40,165 nt of DNA from a virus (lineage: Duplodnaviria > Caudoviricetes), in IMG/VR virus record IMGVR_UViG_3300018757_000006, positions 1 to 40,165 of that record, one strand, 5' to 3'. The notes beneath the pieces were generated by a model that was not told the DNA's origin, did not search any database, and saw only the letters and a program-made list of their open reading frames with translations. Made by a program: the position numbers and the translations under genes. Of this stretch, positions 1 to 7,208 are shown in pieces (within the stretch, counting starts at the first letter, position 1; each line of letters starts with the position of its first letter).

Positions 1-65
1 GCTTTGGATTTGCGGATGTCCTTGACGGGGAGGTTGATCCACAGGTCCTTAGGCATTTTGGGCAT
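1..65 (-). CDS. Host gene, N-terminal fragment; VOC/glyoxalase-family protein
   Basis: Minus-strand translation MPKMPKDLWINLPVKDIRKSK... with an AAGGAG RBS upstream. The INLPVKD...S motif is typical of VOC-family N-termini. Runs off the window. Confidence 0.6.
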   Translation of the reverse strand, partial: MPKMPKDLWINLPVKDIRKSK

Positions 66-235
66 AATGATTCTCCTTTCAGGAGCAGGATTGATGATGC
101 AAGCATATCATGAGGGGAGAAGAGAGGTTTCTCATGGATTGCGGTCTCTGACGTGATTTTTGTCTATGTTGATGGAGCAATTATAGACAAAAGGGAAAAT
201 GTCGGATGTTGCGGAAAAATGGTATGTATTTTTTG

Positions 236-264
236 TTGACATTGAAATTTGTCCATGCTAAGAT
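236..264 (+). promoter_or_regulatory. Sigma-A promoter of the tRNA gene
   Basis: TTGACA(236-241)-17 bp-TAAGAT(259-264) with extended TG, just upstream of the tRNA. Confidence 0.7.
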
Positions 265-277
265 AATTCTTGTCCAT

Positions 278-353
278 GGGGCATTAGCTCAGCTGGGAGA
301 GCGCTACACTGGCAGTGTAGAGGTCAGCGGTTCGATCCCGCTATGCTCCACCA
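278..353 (+). tRNA. tRNA-Ala (anticodon GGC), prophage integration target
   Basis: GGGGCATTAGCTCAGCTGGGAGAGCG...CTACAC-TGGCA-GTGTAG...GGTTCGATCCC...CTCCACCA. 76 nt, canonical cloverleaf, encoded CCA. Confidence 0.98.
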
Positions 354-358
354 TAAAG
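307..358 (+). repeat. attL core (52-bp direct repeat)
   Basis: CACTGGCAGTGTAGAGGTCAGCGGTTCGATCCCGCTATGCTCCACCATAAAG is identical to 40096..40147. Confidence 0.96.
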
Positions 359-366
359 GAAACTTG

Positions 367-393
367 AAAACCCTTGACCCACAAGGGTTTTTT
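367..393 (+). terminator. Inverted repeat/terminator after the tRNA, supplied by the phage
   Basis: AAAACCCTTG-ACCCA-CAAGGGTTTT followed by a T run. Near-identical copy at 40035..40061. Confidence 0.7.
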
Positions 394-443
394 CTTTTAT
401 CTCTGGAATGATACATGGCCGGAGTTTTTTTATTTTGGCCTCT

Positions 444-465
444 TGGGGACGAATTGGGGACGAAT
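444..465. repeat. Putative integrase arm-type sites (left)
   Basis: Tandem TGGGGACGAAT x2. The same motif occurs at 39963..39983 near attR. Confidence 0.7.
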
Positions 466-1667
466 TATTTTACACCTTTTTTTAACCCACTAAACGCCAC
501 TGCAGCTCGTTTGTTCATTTCTGCGAGGAAGTGGGTATACAATTCTCCAGTGATACGAATATTGGAGTGACCTAGGAGCTCCTGGATCTCTTTCAACGAG
601 TACCCTTTAAATAATAAGTACGTCGCATAAGTATGGCGCAAGCCGTGTAGAGTCACATTTTTGTGGTCGAGACTATGCCTCTTGAGGAATTTGCTAAACC
701 AGGAGAGGGGGGTATCTGGATAGGTTGGTAGCCCGTTGTCTTGTCCAAATAAGAGCATCCTGTCCTCTCCTTGCCACTTCTCTCCAAGAACAAGTTTGCT
801 TTTCCTTACATCTATCGCTAGCTTCTGGATCAGAGGGACGACCTCTGGGGTAACCGCGATGGAACGCCGGGACTTCTTTGTTTTTAAGTCCTTGATGATC
901 ACCTGACCAGATGCTTTCGCTACGGATTCCCGTACATCGATAAACAAAGTATCCTCCCCGTCTATCTTCTCCCAACGCAGGTGTTTGTTAATATCGATCG
1001 CCAGCAGTTCTCCGCGCCTCATCCCTGTAGTCACGGCCAACTCAATGAAGGTTCGCCATTTCAAGGGCTCGTCTGACAGTTTTTGAAACATGAGGACCAG
1101 CTCGTCTTCCACGAAAATCTCTTTTTCCTTTGTATCGATTTCCGGTTTTTTAACACCTTCAATTGGGGTGGACTTAATGAGCTTCCATTCGACAGCTCGT
1201 TCAAAGATGTCGTTGAGTACCCGGTAAACGTATCGCCGCGAGGTGCCGGACAAATTCTCAGACCGTTTCCCTTTTAGCTGATCGAAAAAGTTTACAATTT
1301 GTATGGTCTTGATTTGATCGATCCGAAGATGACTGAAAACAGGGAGGATATGATTCTTTAGATGGCTATTGTACGTGTCCAGGACCGTAGGAGACAGGTG
1401 TCTTTCCCCATGCTTCTTTCGCCATTCCTCTACAAACACCCCGAATGTCATTTTATCAGGGGCGATATATTCGCCAGCTTCTACTTCGATTTTGAATTTG
1501 TGCAGCTCGTCATTGAGGTAGTCCCTTAGTTTCTTTGTGGTCCGAAGTAGAGCATCGTCCTCGACCCGGATCGTCTTGTACCGCTTGATCCGTTTCCCTT
1601 GGGCATCATACCCGGCTTCAACCACCAGACGCCAAGAATTGGTGCCGCGTTTTTCAATGGATGCCAT
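465..1667 (-). CDS. int: Tyrosine recombinase (phage integrase, ICEBs1-like)
   Basis: N-terminal arm-binding domain, TGMRRGELL (catalytic R), HGLRHT, LGHSNI..T...Y. Adjacent to attL. Confidence 0.96.
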   Translation of the reverse strand: MASIEKRGTNSWRLVVEAGYDAQGKRIKRYKTIRVEDDALLRTTKKLRDYLNDELHKFKIEVEAGEYIAPDKMTFGVFVEEWRKKHGERHLSPTVLDTYNSHLKNHILPVFSHLRIDQIKTIQIVNFFDQLKGKRSENLSGTSRRYVYRVLNDIFERAVEWKLIKSTPIEGVKKPEIDTKEKEIFVEDELVLMFQKLSDEPLKWRTFIELAVTTGMRRGELLAIDINKHLRWEKIDGEDTLFIDVRESVAKASGQVIIKDLKTKKSRRSIAVTPEVVPLIQKLAIDVRKSKLVLGEKWQGEDRMLLFGQDNGLPTYPDTPLSWFSKFLKRHSLDHKNVTLHGLRHTYATYLLFKGYSLKEIQELLGHSNIRITGELYTHFLAEMNKRAAVAFSGLKKGVK

Positions 1668-1687
1668 ATCATTTTCTCCTTTCTCTG

Positions 1688-1699
1688 GAACGTATGTTT
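1688..1699. promoter_or_regulatory. Putative LexA (Cheo) box upstream of int
   Basis: GAACGTATGTTT (GAAC-N4-GTTY) lies between a minus-strand TATAAC -10-like hexamer and the int RBS. Confidence 0.55.
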
Positions 1700-1745
1700 G
1701 GTTATAAATGTATGAGAAACAGCCTTGCGGCTGGTAAGCGCAAAG

Positions 1746-2207
1746 TTATTCAAATAATTCAAGTACACCCAATGGCTCAAAGATGACGGTATAATTGCCT
1801 ACTGGTGCGAGAAGACCGTATTTTTCAATGTATCTATTGATTGCAGCGTCTAGGAAATCTTCTGTTACTCCGAGAAAATCAGCTAATTCGAATCGGTTTT
1901 TAATACCTTGTTTATGGGCTTGTACAATCAATTTGAGCGGAACGAGTTTTTCATAAGCCCAGCTTCTGGCCCGATTCTCTTGTTGACGATTTTCAATTTT
2001 AGATTGATCTAGAATATTTCCAGAAGTTTTGTGATGGTGCCCCAACTCTTCTGCAAGAACACAGGCTTTCTCAATGATTGTAGGAATTAGTTTATTAATT
2101 GCAATTATGTTATCACAGTATAGACCTTTAATTCTTGGTTTTAAAGGCATTTCATAGATGTCAATTCCCTGATGCACAGCCTCCTTTTGTAGATCCTCGT
2201 AGGTCAT
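1746..2207 (-). CDS. ImmA/IrrE-family metallopeptidase (anti-repressor protease)
   Basis: CVLAEELGHH zincin-like motif and QENRARSWA. Sits between repressor and integrase, as in ICEBs1/phi105. Confidence 0.88.
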   Translation of the reverse strand: MTYEDLQKEAVHQGIDIYEMPLKPRIKGLYCDNIIAINKLIPTIIEKACVLAEELGHHHKTSGNILDQSKIENRQQENRARSWAYEKLVPLKLIVQAHKQGIKNRFELADFLGVTEDFLDAAINRYIEKYGLLAPVGNYTVIFEPLGVLELFE

Positions 2208-2211
2208 TCTG

Positions 2212-2907
2212 TCACTCCTGTAATTTTCTCTTCATTTTTACAAACTCTTTAAAGCGCTCGATCTCTGCAAGTTCTTCTTCTGTCCAATCTTCGCCATCAT
2301 GGTGCGCAGCGATGGTTTGGATATCATTTTTTATACTTTCTTCATAGCTTGGTTCTGCCATTGCATCTTTAGCCTCAGCTTCTTTGAATTTTGCATAAGC
2401 TATCACCATTTCACTTTCAGACATACCCTGCTTTTGGTAATGGTGTAGTAGTTCCAAAGGGATATTATCTAATAAGTCTCCGCTCAATTCGTCTAGATCG
2501 TGTCCCGCCGCTTTAAAAAGTGATTTAGCATCAACTAACCATTCGTTATCATTATGAATTGCAATCTTCAAAACGGTGTCAACAGAAGGCTGCTTATACT
2601 CGATACCAGAACAAAGCCTATTTAGATAAAATTCATCCAAACCAGTATCTAGGGCAAATTCCTTTGTCGATCTTCTGTATTTAACCAGATTAACAAGTGA
2701 AGTGAACTCACTTTTATCAAAGCCGTAAAGTAAGAAGTCGGTGGAGACCCCAAAAAATTCAGCTACCTTCTGCACCTTATCAACAGAAGGGGAGTTTTTA
2801 TCCCAGTTGCGGATAGTTCCTCTACCAAGCTCAATCTCCCTTTCTAACCCTATTAAAGTAGTGTTTTTACTACTGCATAAATCCTGGATACGCCCAACTA
2901 AAGACAT
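2212..2907 (-). CDS. Immunity repressor (XRE family, two HTH domains, acidic C-terminal tail)
   Basis: N-terminal HTH (LIGLEREIELGRGTIRNW...SPSVDKVQKVAEFFGVSTDFLL), a second HTH-like segment, and a C-terminal TIAAHHDGEDWTEEELAEIERFKEFV typical of ImmR-like proteins. Start placed at ATG 2907 after an AAGGAGG RBS. Confidence 0.88.
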   Translation of the reverse strand: MSLVGRIQDLCSSKNTTLIGLEREIELGRGTIRNWDKNSPSVDKVQKVAEFFGVSTDFLLYGFDKSEFTSLVNLVKYRRSTKEFALDTGLDEFYLNRLCSGIEYKQPSVDTVLKIAIHNDNEWLVDAKSLFKAAGHDLDELSGDLLDNIPLELLHHYQKQGMSESEMVIAYAKFKEAEAKDAMAEPSYEESIKNDIQTIAAHHDGEDWTEEELAEIERFKEFVKMKRKLQE

Positions 2908-2931
2908 AGAAATACCCTCCTTCATAATCGG

Positions 2932-2984
2932 AGTATTAAATTTAGCATTTTAATATTGACTAGTAGGAAATTTGAGACTATACT
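2932..2984 (+). promoter_or_regulatory. Rightward early promoter with two putative operators
   Basis: TTGACT(2956-2961)-17 bp-TATACT(2979-2984). Related quasi-palindromes AGTATTAAATTTAGCATT (2932-2949) and AGTAGGAAATTTGAGACT (2962-2979). Confidence 0.72.
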
Positions 2985-3051
2985 TAGATCAACAGCTTAA
3001 CCAATGGCAAAAAAGGCAACAAAAAACCAGAGGGTACCACACCCACTTTTG

Positions 3052-3126
3052 AAAAATCGTCCCCCAACGACTTTTATTTGGTTATGCCTTCTTTATGATG
3101 GTAGTACATTTACGACCGTATGTCAA
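3052..3126 (-). ncRNA. Candidate antisense micro-transcription unit 1
   Basis: Minus strand TTGACA(3126-3121)-17 bp-TACCAT(3103-3098), then hairpin AAAAGTCGT-TGGGGG-ACGATTTTT. Confidence 0.45.
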
Positions 3127-3169
3127 CGATTAAGCTGTGCTTTTTACAAACTTTAGGAGGCGGTTTAAA

Positions 3170-3367
3170 GTGACTCATTACACTGAATTTGGAGCAGAGG
3201 CTAGAAAGATCATGCTTCAAAAGAAAATCAAAATGGTAGACGTAGCAAGAGAGCTAGGAGTTTCGGTTACATACATCTCAGAAATTTTCAAAGGCACACG
3301 TGAAGGTAAAAAGCAAAAGCCACTAATCGTAAAGATGCTTGGCATGGAAAGCGAGGTAGCGGAATGA
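3170..3367 (+). CDS. Cro-like XRE regulator
   Basis: 65 aa HTH (MVDVARELGVSVTYISEIFKG), divergent from the repressor. GTG start after AGGAGG. Confidence 0.85.
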   Translation: MTHYTEFGAEARKIMLQKKIKMVDVARELGVSVTYISEIFKGTREGKKQKPLIVKMLGMESEVAE

Positions 3368-4101
3368 ACGATTTACTCCCAACACATTCCAATGAGAATG
3401 GGAGCCTGCTCGTAAGCGGTCGTGATCTTCACGAATTTTTGGAAGTCGGAACTCAATATTCTATTTGGTTCGGCCGTATGGTCGAGTACGGTTTCACTGC
3501 TAATGCGGACTTCATTGAAGTTAATCAAAAAAGAGTAACATCACATGGACGTGAGCATGACATGATTGACCATCACATGCGTATCGAAATGGCGAAAGAA
3601 ATTTGTATGATCCAGCGTAACGATAGGGGTAGACAAGCCCGGCAATATTTCCTCGATCTTGAACGTAAATGGAACAGCCCCGAAATGGTGATCAAACGAG
3701 CGCACGAATTTCTTGAGCGCAAAGTGGCTGCTCTCACCACAGAGAACATGGTTCTTATCCAGCAGAACAACGAACTTAAACCCAAAGCTTCCTACTATGA
3801 CTTAGTTCTGCAAAATAAATCACTACTTTCTGTTTCTAAGATAGCCAAGGATTACGGAATGAGCGCGGTGGCTCTCAACAAGAAGTTGAACGAACTTGGT
3901 GTTCAGTTCAAGCAAGGAGACATCTGGCTGTTGTATGCGAGATATCAGGATAAGGGCTACACCCAGACAACGACACACGTCATAGATGCTGACAACTCAC
4001 GGGTGAGCACGAAATGGACTCAGAAAGGCCGGCTCTTTATCTATGATTTGCTGAAACAGGAAGGCATCCTGCCAATGATTGAAAGGGAAGAGGCGTCATG
4101 A
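3364..4101 (+). CDS. Phage antirepressor (AntA N-terminal + KilA-C/ANT)
   Basis: VSGRDLHEFLEV...MAKEICMIQRNDRGRQARQYF, and C-terminal KPKASYYD...IAKDYGMSA...TKWTQKGRLFIY. Confidence 0.92.
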   Translation: MNDLLPTHSNENGSLLVSGRDLHEFLEVGTQYSIWFGRMVEYGFTANADFIEVNQKRVTSHGREHDMIDHHMRIEMAKEICMIQRNDRGRQARQYFLDLERKWNSPEMVIKRAHEFLERKVAALTTENMVLIQQNNELKPKASYYDLVLQNKSLLSVSKIAKDYGMSAVALNKKLNELGVQFKQGDIWLLYARYQDKGYTQTTTHVIDADNSRVSTKWTQKGRLFIYDLLKQEGILPMIEREEAS

Positions 4102-4403
4102 CCGGATTGGAAAATGCAATTCGCTCTATTATCGTCGAGGAAGTCGTAGCAATGGAACGCCGCCTTCGTGAAAGCCTGTCAGTTCAAGCGGAACGCACTC
4201 TCTCGTTTTCAGAAGCATGCGAGTATTTGCACATGTCAGAGTATACGCTTAGACGATTGTGCCGTGAAAAACGAATCCCGCATCGGACATATGGTGCTGA
4301 CGGATCGAAGAATCCCCGGTATTTGTTTAGCACGACTAGTTTGGATCGGTGGATTCGGGATCAGGAAAATTCGAATTATCGGGAGGGAAAGGGAAATGAC
4401 TGA
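4098..4403 (+). CDS. Excisionase-like HTH protein
   Basis: LSFSEACEYLHMSEYTLRRLCREKRIPH...YLFSTTSLDRWI, the HTH_17/Xis pattern. Confidence 0.78.
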   Translation: MTGLENAIRSIIVEEVVAMERRLRESLSVQAERTLSFSEACEYLHMSEYTLRRLCREKRIPHRTYGADGSKNPRYLFSTTSLDRWIRDQENSNYREGKGND

Positions 4404-4611
4404 ACATAGCAAACGAGCTATCTGGCTTGCAGTTAACTCGGAACACGGTAATCGGTTAGTGGGAATCACCCGGGAGCACACGCGTTTGGCTCGCGAACTT
4501 GCCGAACACGCGGAGCACATGTCGGAGGACGCCAAAAATGTTCTCTCCGCTCGCATAAATCAGCTTCGCGATGAACGCGATGCTATCATTTCACAGTTTG
4601 AAGGGATGTAA
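4396..4611 (+). CDS. Hypothetical phage protein (coiled-coil)
   Basis: ATG at 4396 with RBS, overlapping the previous stop. 71 aa. Confidence 0.6.
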   Translation: MTEHSKRAIWLAVNSEHGNRLVGITREHTRLARELAEHAEHMSEDAKNVLSARINQLRDERDAIISQFEGM

Positions 4612-4615
4612 AGCG

Positions 4616-4888
4616 ATGAGATACGACTTTCAAGCTGCTGAGCAGCGTATCGCGGAACTGGGTCTGATTTACGCAAGGATGAAGGACAAGCACCAAGAGA
4701 ACGGCACCTGGGATTGGTGGATCGCAACTCAGATCGATGAGATCCAGTTGGAGATGGCGGAGGCAAAAAGCAAAATGGCCGTCGGGCAGGACGGCCATCA
4801 AGCGAACGTTAAGACAAATGTTCTTTTTCCGATTATACCTGCTTGGAAGTTGCAGAGCAAGGAGACGGTACAGAATGGGAGCCTATAA
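4616..4888 (+). CDS. Hypothetical phage protein
   Basis: ATG at 4616 just after the previous stop. The 3' half overlaps antisense unit 2. Confidence 0.55.
   Translation: MRYDFQAAEQRIAELGLIYARMKDKHQENGTWDWWIATQIDEIQLEMAEAKSKMAVGQDGHQANVKTNVLFPIIPAWKLQSKETVQNGSL
4765..4860 (-). ncRNA. Candidate antisense micro-transcription unit 2
   Basis: Minus strand TTGCTC(4860-4855)-17 bp-TATAAT(4837-4832), then terminator ATGGCCGTC-CTGCCC-GACGGCCAT-TTTGCTTTTT. Predicted RNA about 60 nt. Confidence 0.55.
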
Positions 4889-5030
4889 AGAGATGTCAGT
4901 ACCAGACGAATCGGACGAGCCGATTGACCATTGCAATGATTGCGGCAAAGGCATCCATGAAGGGCAAAAGGCATGGGTGGTGGACGGCGAGATCTACTGC
5001 AACAGTACCTGCTACAAAAATGCAAAATGA
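4875..5030 (+). CDS. Small putative zinc-binding protein
   Basis: MGAYKEMS...CNDCGKGI...YCNSTC (CxxC...CxxxC) with an AGGAG RBS. Confidence 0.65.
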   Translation: MGAYKEMSVPDESDEPIDHCNDCGKGIHEGQKAWVVDGEIYCNSTCYKNAK

Positions 5031-5125
5031 GTCGAAACCAGGGCTCCAAGCCCTCGGTCGTAGGGAGTTGACCGTCCCTGCCTGATGACCGCGAGAGCGG
5101 ATCAGTACGCTGATGACAGGTCTAC
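5031..5125 (+). ncRNA. Type II hammerhead ribozyme variant with a two-hairpin insertion
   Basis: GTC-GAAAC(5031-5038); stem III 5037-5044/5050-5058; GTC cleavage triplet 5057-5059; stem I GTAGGGA/TCCCTGC; core CTGATGA 5082-5088; GAC 5115-5117 closes stem II; loop I GTTGACC pairs with the 3' tail GGTCTAC (pseudoknot). Confidence 0.8.
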
Positions 5126-5227
5126 ATACGCGGGGGCCAAAACGGGGAGCAGCCATCGGAGCTGTAACGGCTGGCAGAGAGGTTGGGCTGTCGGCGACCA
5201 CGCAAATACAGGAAGGGAGGTGTGGGT

Positions 5228-5350
5228 GTGGGAGAAATAGCCGACATGGTCCTATCTGGCCTGTTGTGTCAAGTGTGTGGAGCTTATATGGACGATTTCA
5301 AAGAACCTGGGCATCCAAGAACTTGCGAAGATTGTAAGGAAGAAAAGTAA
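5228..5350 (+). CDS. 40-aa zinc-finger microprotein (not in the ORF track)
   Basis: GTG start after GGAGG: MGEIADMVLSGLLCQVCGAYMDDFKEPGHPRTCEDCKEEK, with two CxxC pairs. Confidence 0.72.
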   Translation: MGEIADMVLSGLLCQVCGAYMDDFKEPGHPRTCEDCKEEK

Positions 5351-5431
5351 AAGACCCAGCGCGGCAACGCTGAGTCGCAGGCAAACCATTTCGATTGCCT
5401 CCATTGTACATACCTGGAGGCGTAAAAACAA
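5341..5431 (-). ncRNA. Candidate antisense micro-transcription unit 3
   Basis: Minus strand TTGTTT(5431-5426)-17 bp-TACAAT(5408-5403), then terminator GACTCAGCG-TTGCCG-CGCTGGGTC-TTTTACTTTT. The stem has a G-U pair on the minus strand but a C-A mismatch on plus. Confidence 0.55.
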
Positions 5432-5441
5432 GGAGGTACTT

Positions 5442-5951
5442 ATGTCCGTACAAATTCAGATCAACGGCGAAAACGCCGCAGAAACAGTTAAAGAGCTGAC
5501 CAGTCTGGCTTCTCATTTTATGCACGTTCCTGTTACCTCTGCAGCTATTTCAGTAGCTCCAGCAGGTGCTCCCGCGCAAGCACAAGAGCCTTACCAGCAA
5601 AATGTCGCTCCCGGCGCCCAGTCATTTTATCTACCTGAGCAGCCTCAGCAAGCTGTTCCGGCCGTGCCAGTAGCACCTCCAATGCAGAGTGCACCCTCAG
5701 CAACTCCACAAGGACAACCTGCAGCGCCTTCTGCTGCACCAACGCCGCCGCCTGGAACGGTGCCTACCGCATCCCAATCTTATACGATCGATCAGCTGGC
5801 GGTAGCTGCGACTCAGCTTGTGGATGCAGGGCGCCAGGGTGAAGTCGTGCAGATGTTACAGCAGTTTGGAGGACCGCCCCTGACGGCTGTTCCAAAAGAA
5901 CATTACGGAGTCGTTGCTACGCAGTTGCGAGCGTTGGGGGCGAAGATATGA
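5442..5951 (+). CDS. Conserved phage protein upstream of DUF2800 (Pro/Gln/Ala-rich linker, helical C-terminal domain)
   Basis: ATG after AAGGAGG. The C-terminal YTIDQLAVAATQLVDAG...FG...LT.VPKEHY pattern is typical of this position in DUF2800-DUF2815-PolA modules. Confidence 0.75.
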   Translation: MSVQIQINGENAAETVKELTSLASHFMHVPVTSAAISVAPAGAPAQAQEPYQQNVAPGAQSFYLPEQPQQAVPAVPVAPPMQSAPSATPQGQPAAPSAAPTPPPGTVPTASQSYTIDQLAVAATQLVDAGRQGEVVQMLQQFGGPPLTAVPKEHYGVVATQLRALGAKI

Positions 5952-7129
5952 CCACTGTGGCACATGTGGAGCGTCCCCACGCGCTCCTCTCGGCCAGCGG
6001 GGCTTACCGCTGGCTGGTATGCACGCCGAGCGCAAGACTTGAGGAGTCGCTGCCAGACACGACCAGCGAGGCTGCCAAGAAGGGTACATTGGCCCACGAG
6101 ATTGCTGAACTCAAGCTGCGGAAGTATTTCATAGAGCCGATGGGGCCACGTAAGTTCAACGCCGCAATGAAGAAATTTAAGGCGGACCCCCTGTACGAAC
6201 CGGATATGGACACCCATACCAACGCCTATCTGGAGTATGTGCAGTCCATCGTGCATGCCTTCAGCTCGCCGCCTTATGTGGCGATTGAAAAGCGGGTAGA
6301 CCTGGACGCTTACGTGCCTGAATCTTTTGGCACGTCTGACTGCATCATCATCGGCGGTAAGCAGCTGCACGTCATCGACTACAAAAACGGCCAGGGTGTA
6401 CCTGTTCCGGCAGAGGATAATCCGCAGATGAAGCTGTACGCTCTTGGTGCGTTGCAGGCATACTCCATGCTTTACGAAATCGAGACGGTTCATCTGGCGA
6501 TTGTGCAGCCGAAGGTATGGGACAGGCCATCTGAGTGGTCGATAAGCGCGGCAGATCTGCTCGCCTGGGGTGAAGCAATTAAGCCGATCGCGGCCAAGGC
6601 GTTCGCTGGTGAAGGTGAGTATACGGTTGGCGAGCATTGCGGCTTCTGCCGAGCAAAGGAAACCTGCAGGGCGCGAGTGGATCATCTAATGTCTGCAGGC
6701 GACTTGGCACCGATGAAGCCACCGCTTATCGGTTGGGATGAAGTCGGCGAAGTGCTTCGCAGAGCAGAGGGGATCGTGTCCTGGTACAACAGCTTGAAGG
6801 AGGCAGCCCTTGCAGAAGTTCTAAAGGGTGGGGAAGTACCAGGATGGAAAGCAGTGGAGGGGCGCGGATCCAGACAGTACGCGGACATCGACGCGGCGTT
6901 TGCGCATCTGCAGGCTAGCGGCATCGACGAGGCTCTGTTGTACGAACGTAAGCCGCTGACCGCAGCAGCTATCGAAAAGGTGCTGGGCAAAAAGCAATAC
7001 AGTGAGCTGCTTGAGGGGCCAGGGCATGTAATTAAGCGACAAGGTGCGCCGACACTCGTACCAGTCGATGACGGACGTGCAGCTATTAGCGGTCAGGTTA
7101 CTCCGGAGCAGGCGTTTGGTAATGGGTGA
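5948..7129 (+). CDS. DUF2800 Cas4-like PD-(D/E)xK exonuclease
   Basis: HALLSASGAYRWLVCTPS, GTLAHE, FGTSDC...VIDYKNG.G, NPQMKLYALG, HCGFCRAK..C. Confidence 0.9.
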   Translation: MTTVAHVERPHALLSASGAYRWLVCTPSARLEESLPDTTSEAAKKGTLAHEIAELKLRKYFIEPMGPRKFNAAMKKFKADPLYEPDMDTHTNAYLEYVQSIVHAFSSPPYVAIEKRVDLDAYVPESFGTSDCIIIGGKQLHVIDYKNGQGVPVPAEDNPQMKLYALGALQAYSMLYEIETVHLAIVQPKVWDRPSEWSISAADLLAWGEAIKPIAAKAFAGEGEYTVGEHCGFCRAKETCRARVDHLMSAGDLAPMKPPLIGWDEVGEVLRRAEGIVSWYNSLKEAALAEVLKGGEVPGWKAVEGRGSRQYADIDAAFAHLQASGIDEALLYERKPLTAAAIEKVLGKKQYSELLEGPGHVIKRQGAPTLVPVDDGRAAISGQVTPEQAFGNG

Positions 7130-7208
7130 GTTATCGGATTATTACGTAGATCAAATGGCATCGGGTCGCTGGTCAAGCGGCAATTATAAATCGGGAGTGA
7201 ATCGACAA

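Noticed and set aside
4812-4823. SOS-box-like AGACAAATGTTC inside antisense unit 2
   Set aside because: The left half-site is not GAAC (two mismatches), so it is too weak to call.
5113-5337. 74-aa ORF across the ribozyme 3' end
   Set aside because: No RBS, overlaps the structured RNA and the better-supported 40-aa zinc finger in another frame.
5903-6685. Long antisense ORFs (also 22483..23265, 32540..33346, 34624..35370)
   Set aside because: They lie opposite well-supported genes and have unnatural composition. Shadow frames.
5948-7129. Cas4-like nuclease as evidence of a CRISPR-Cas locus
   Set aside because: No array or other cas genes. DUF2800 is a normal member of this phage replication module.
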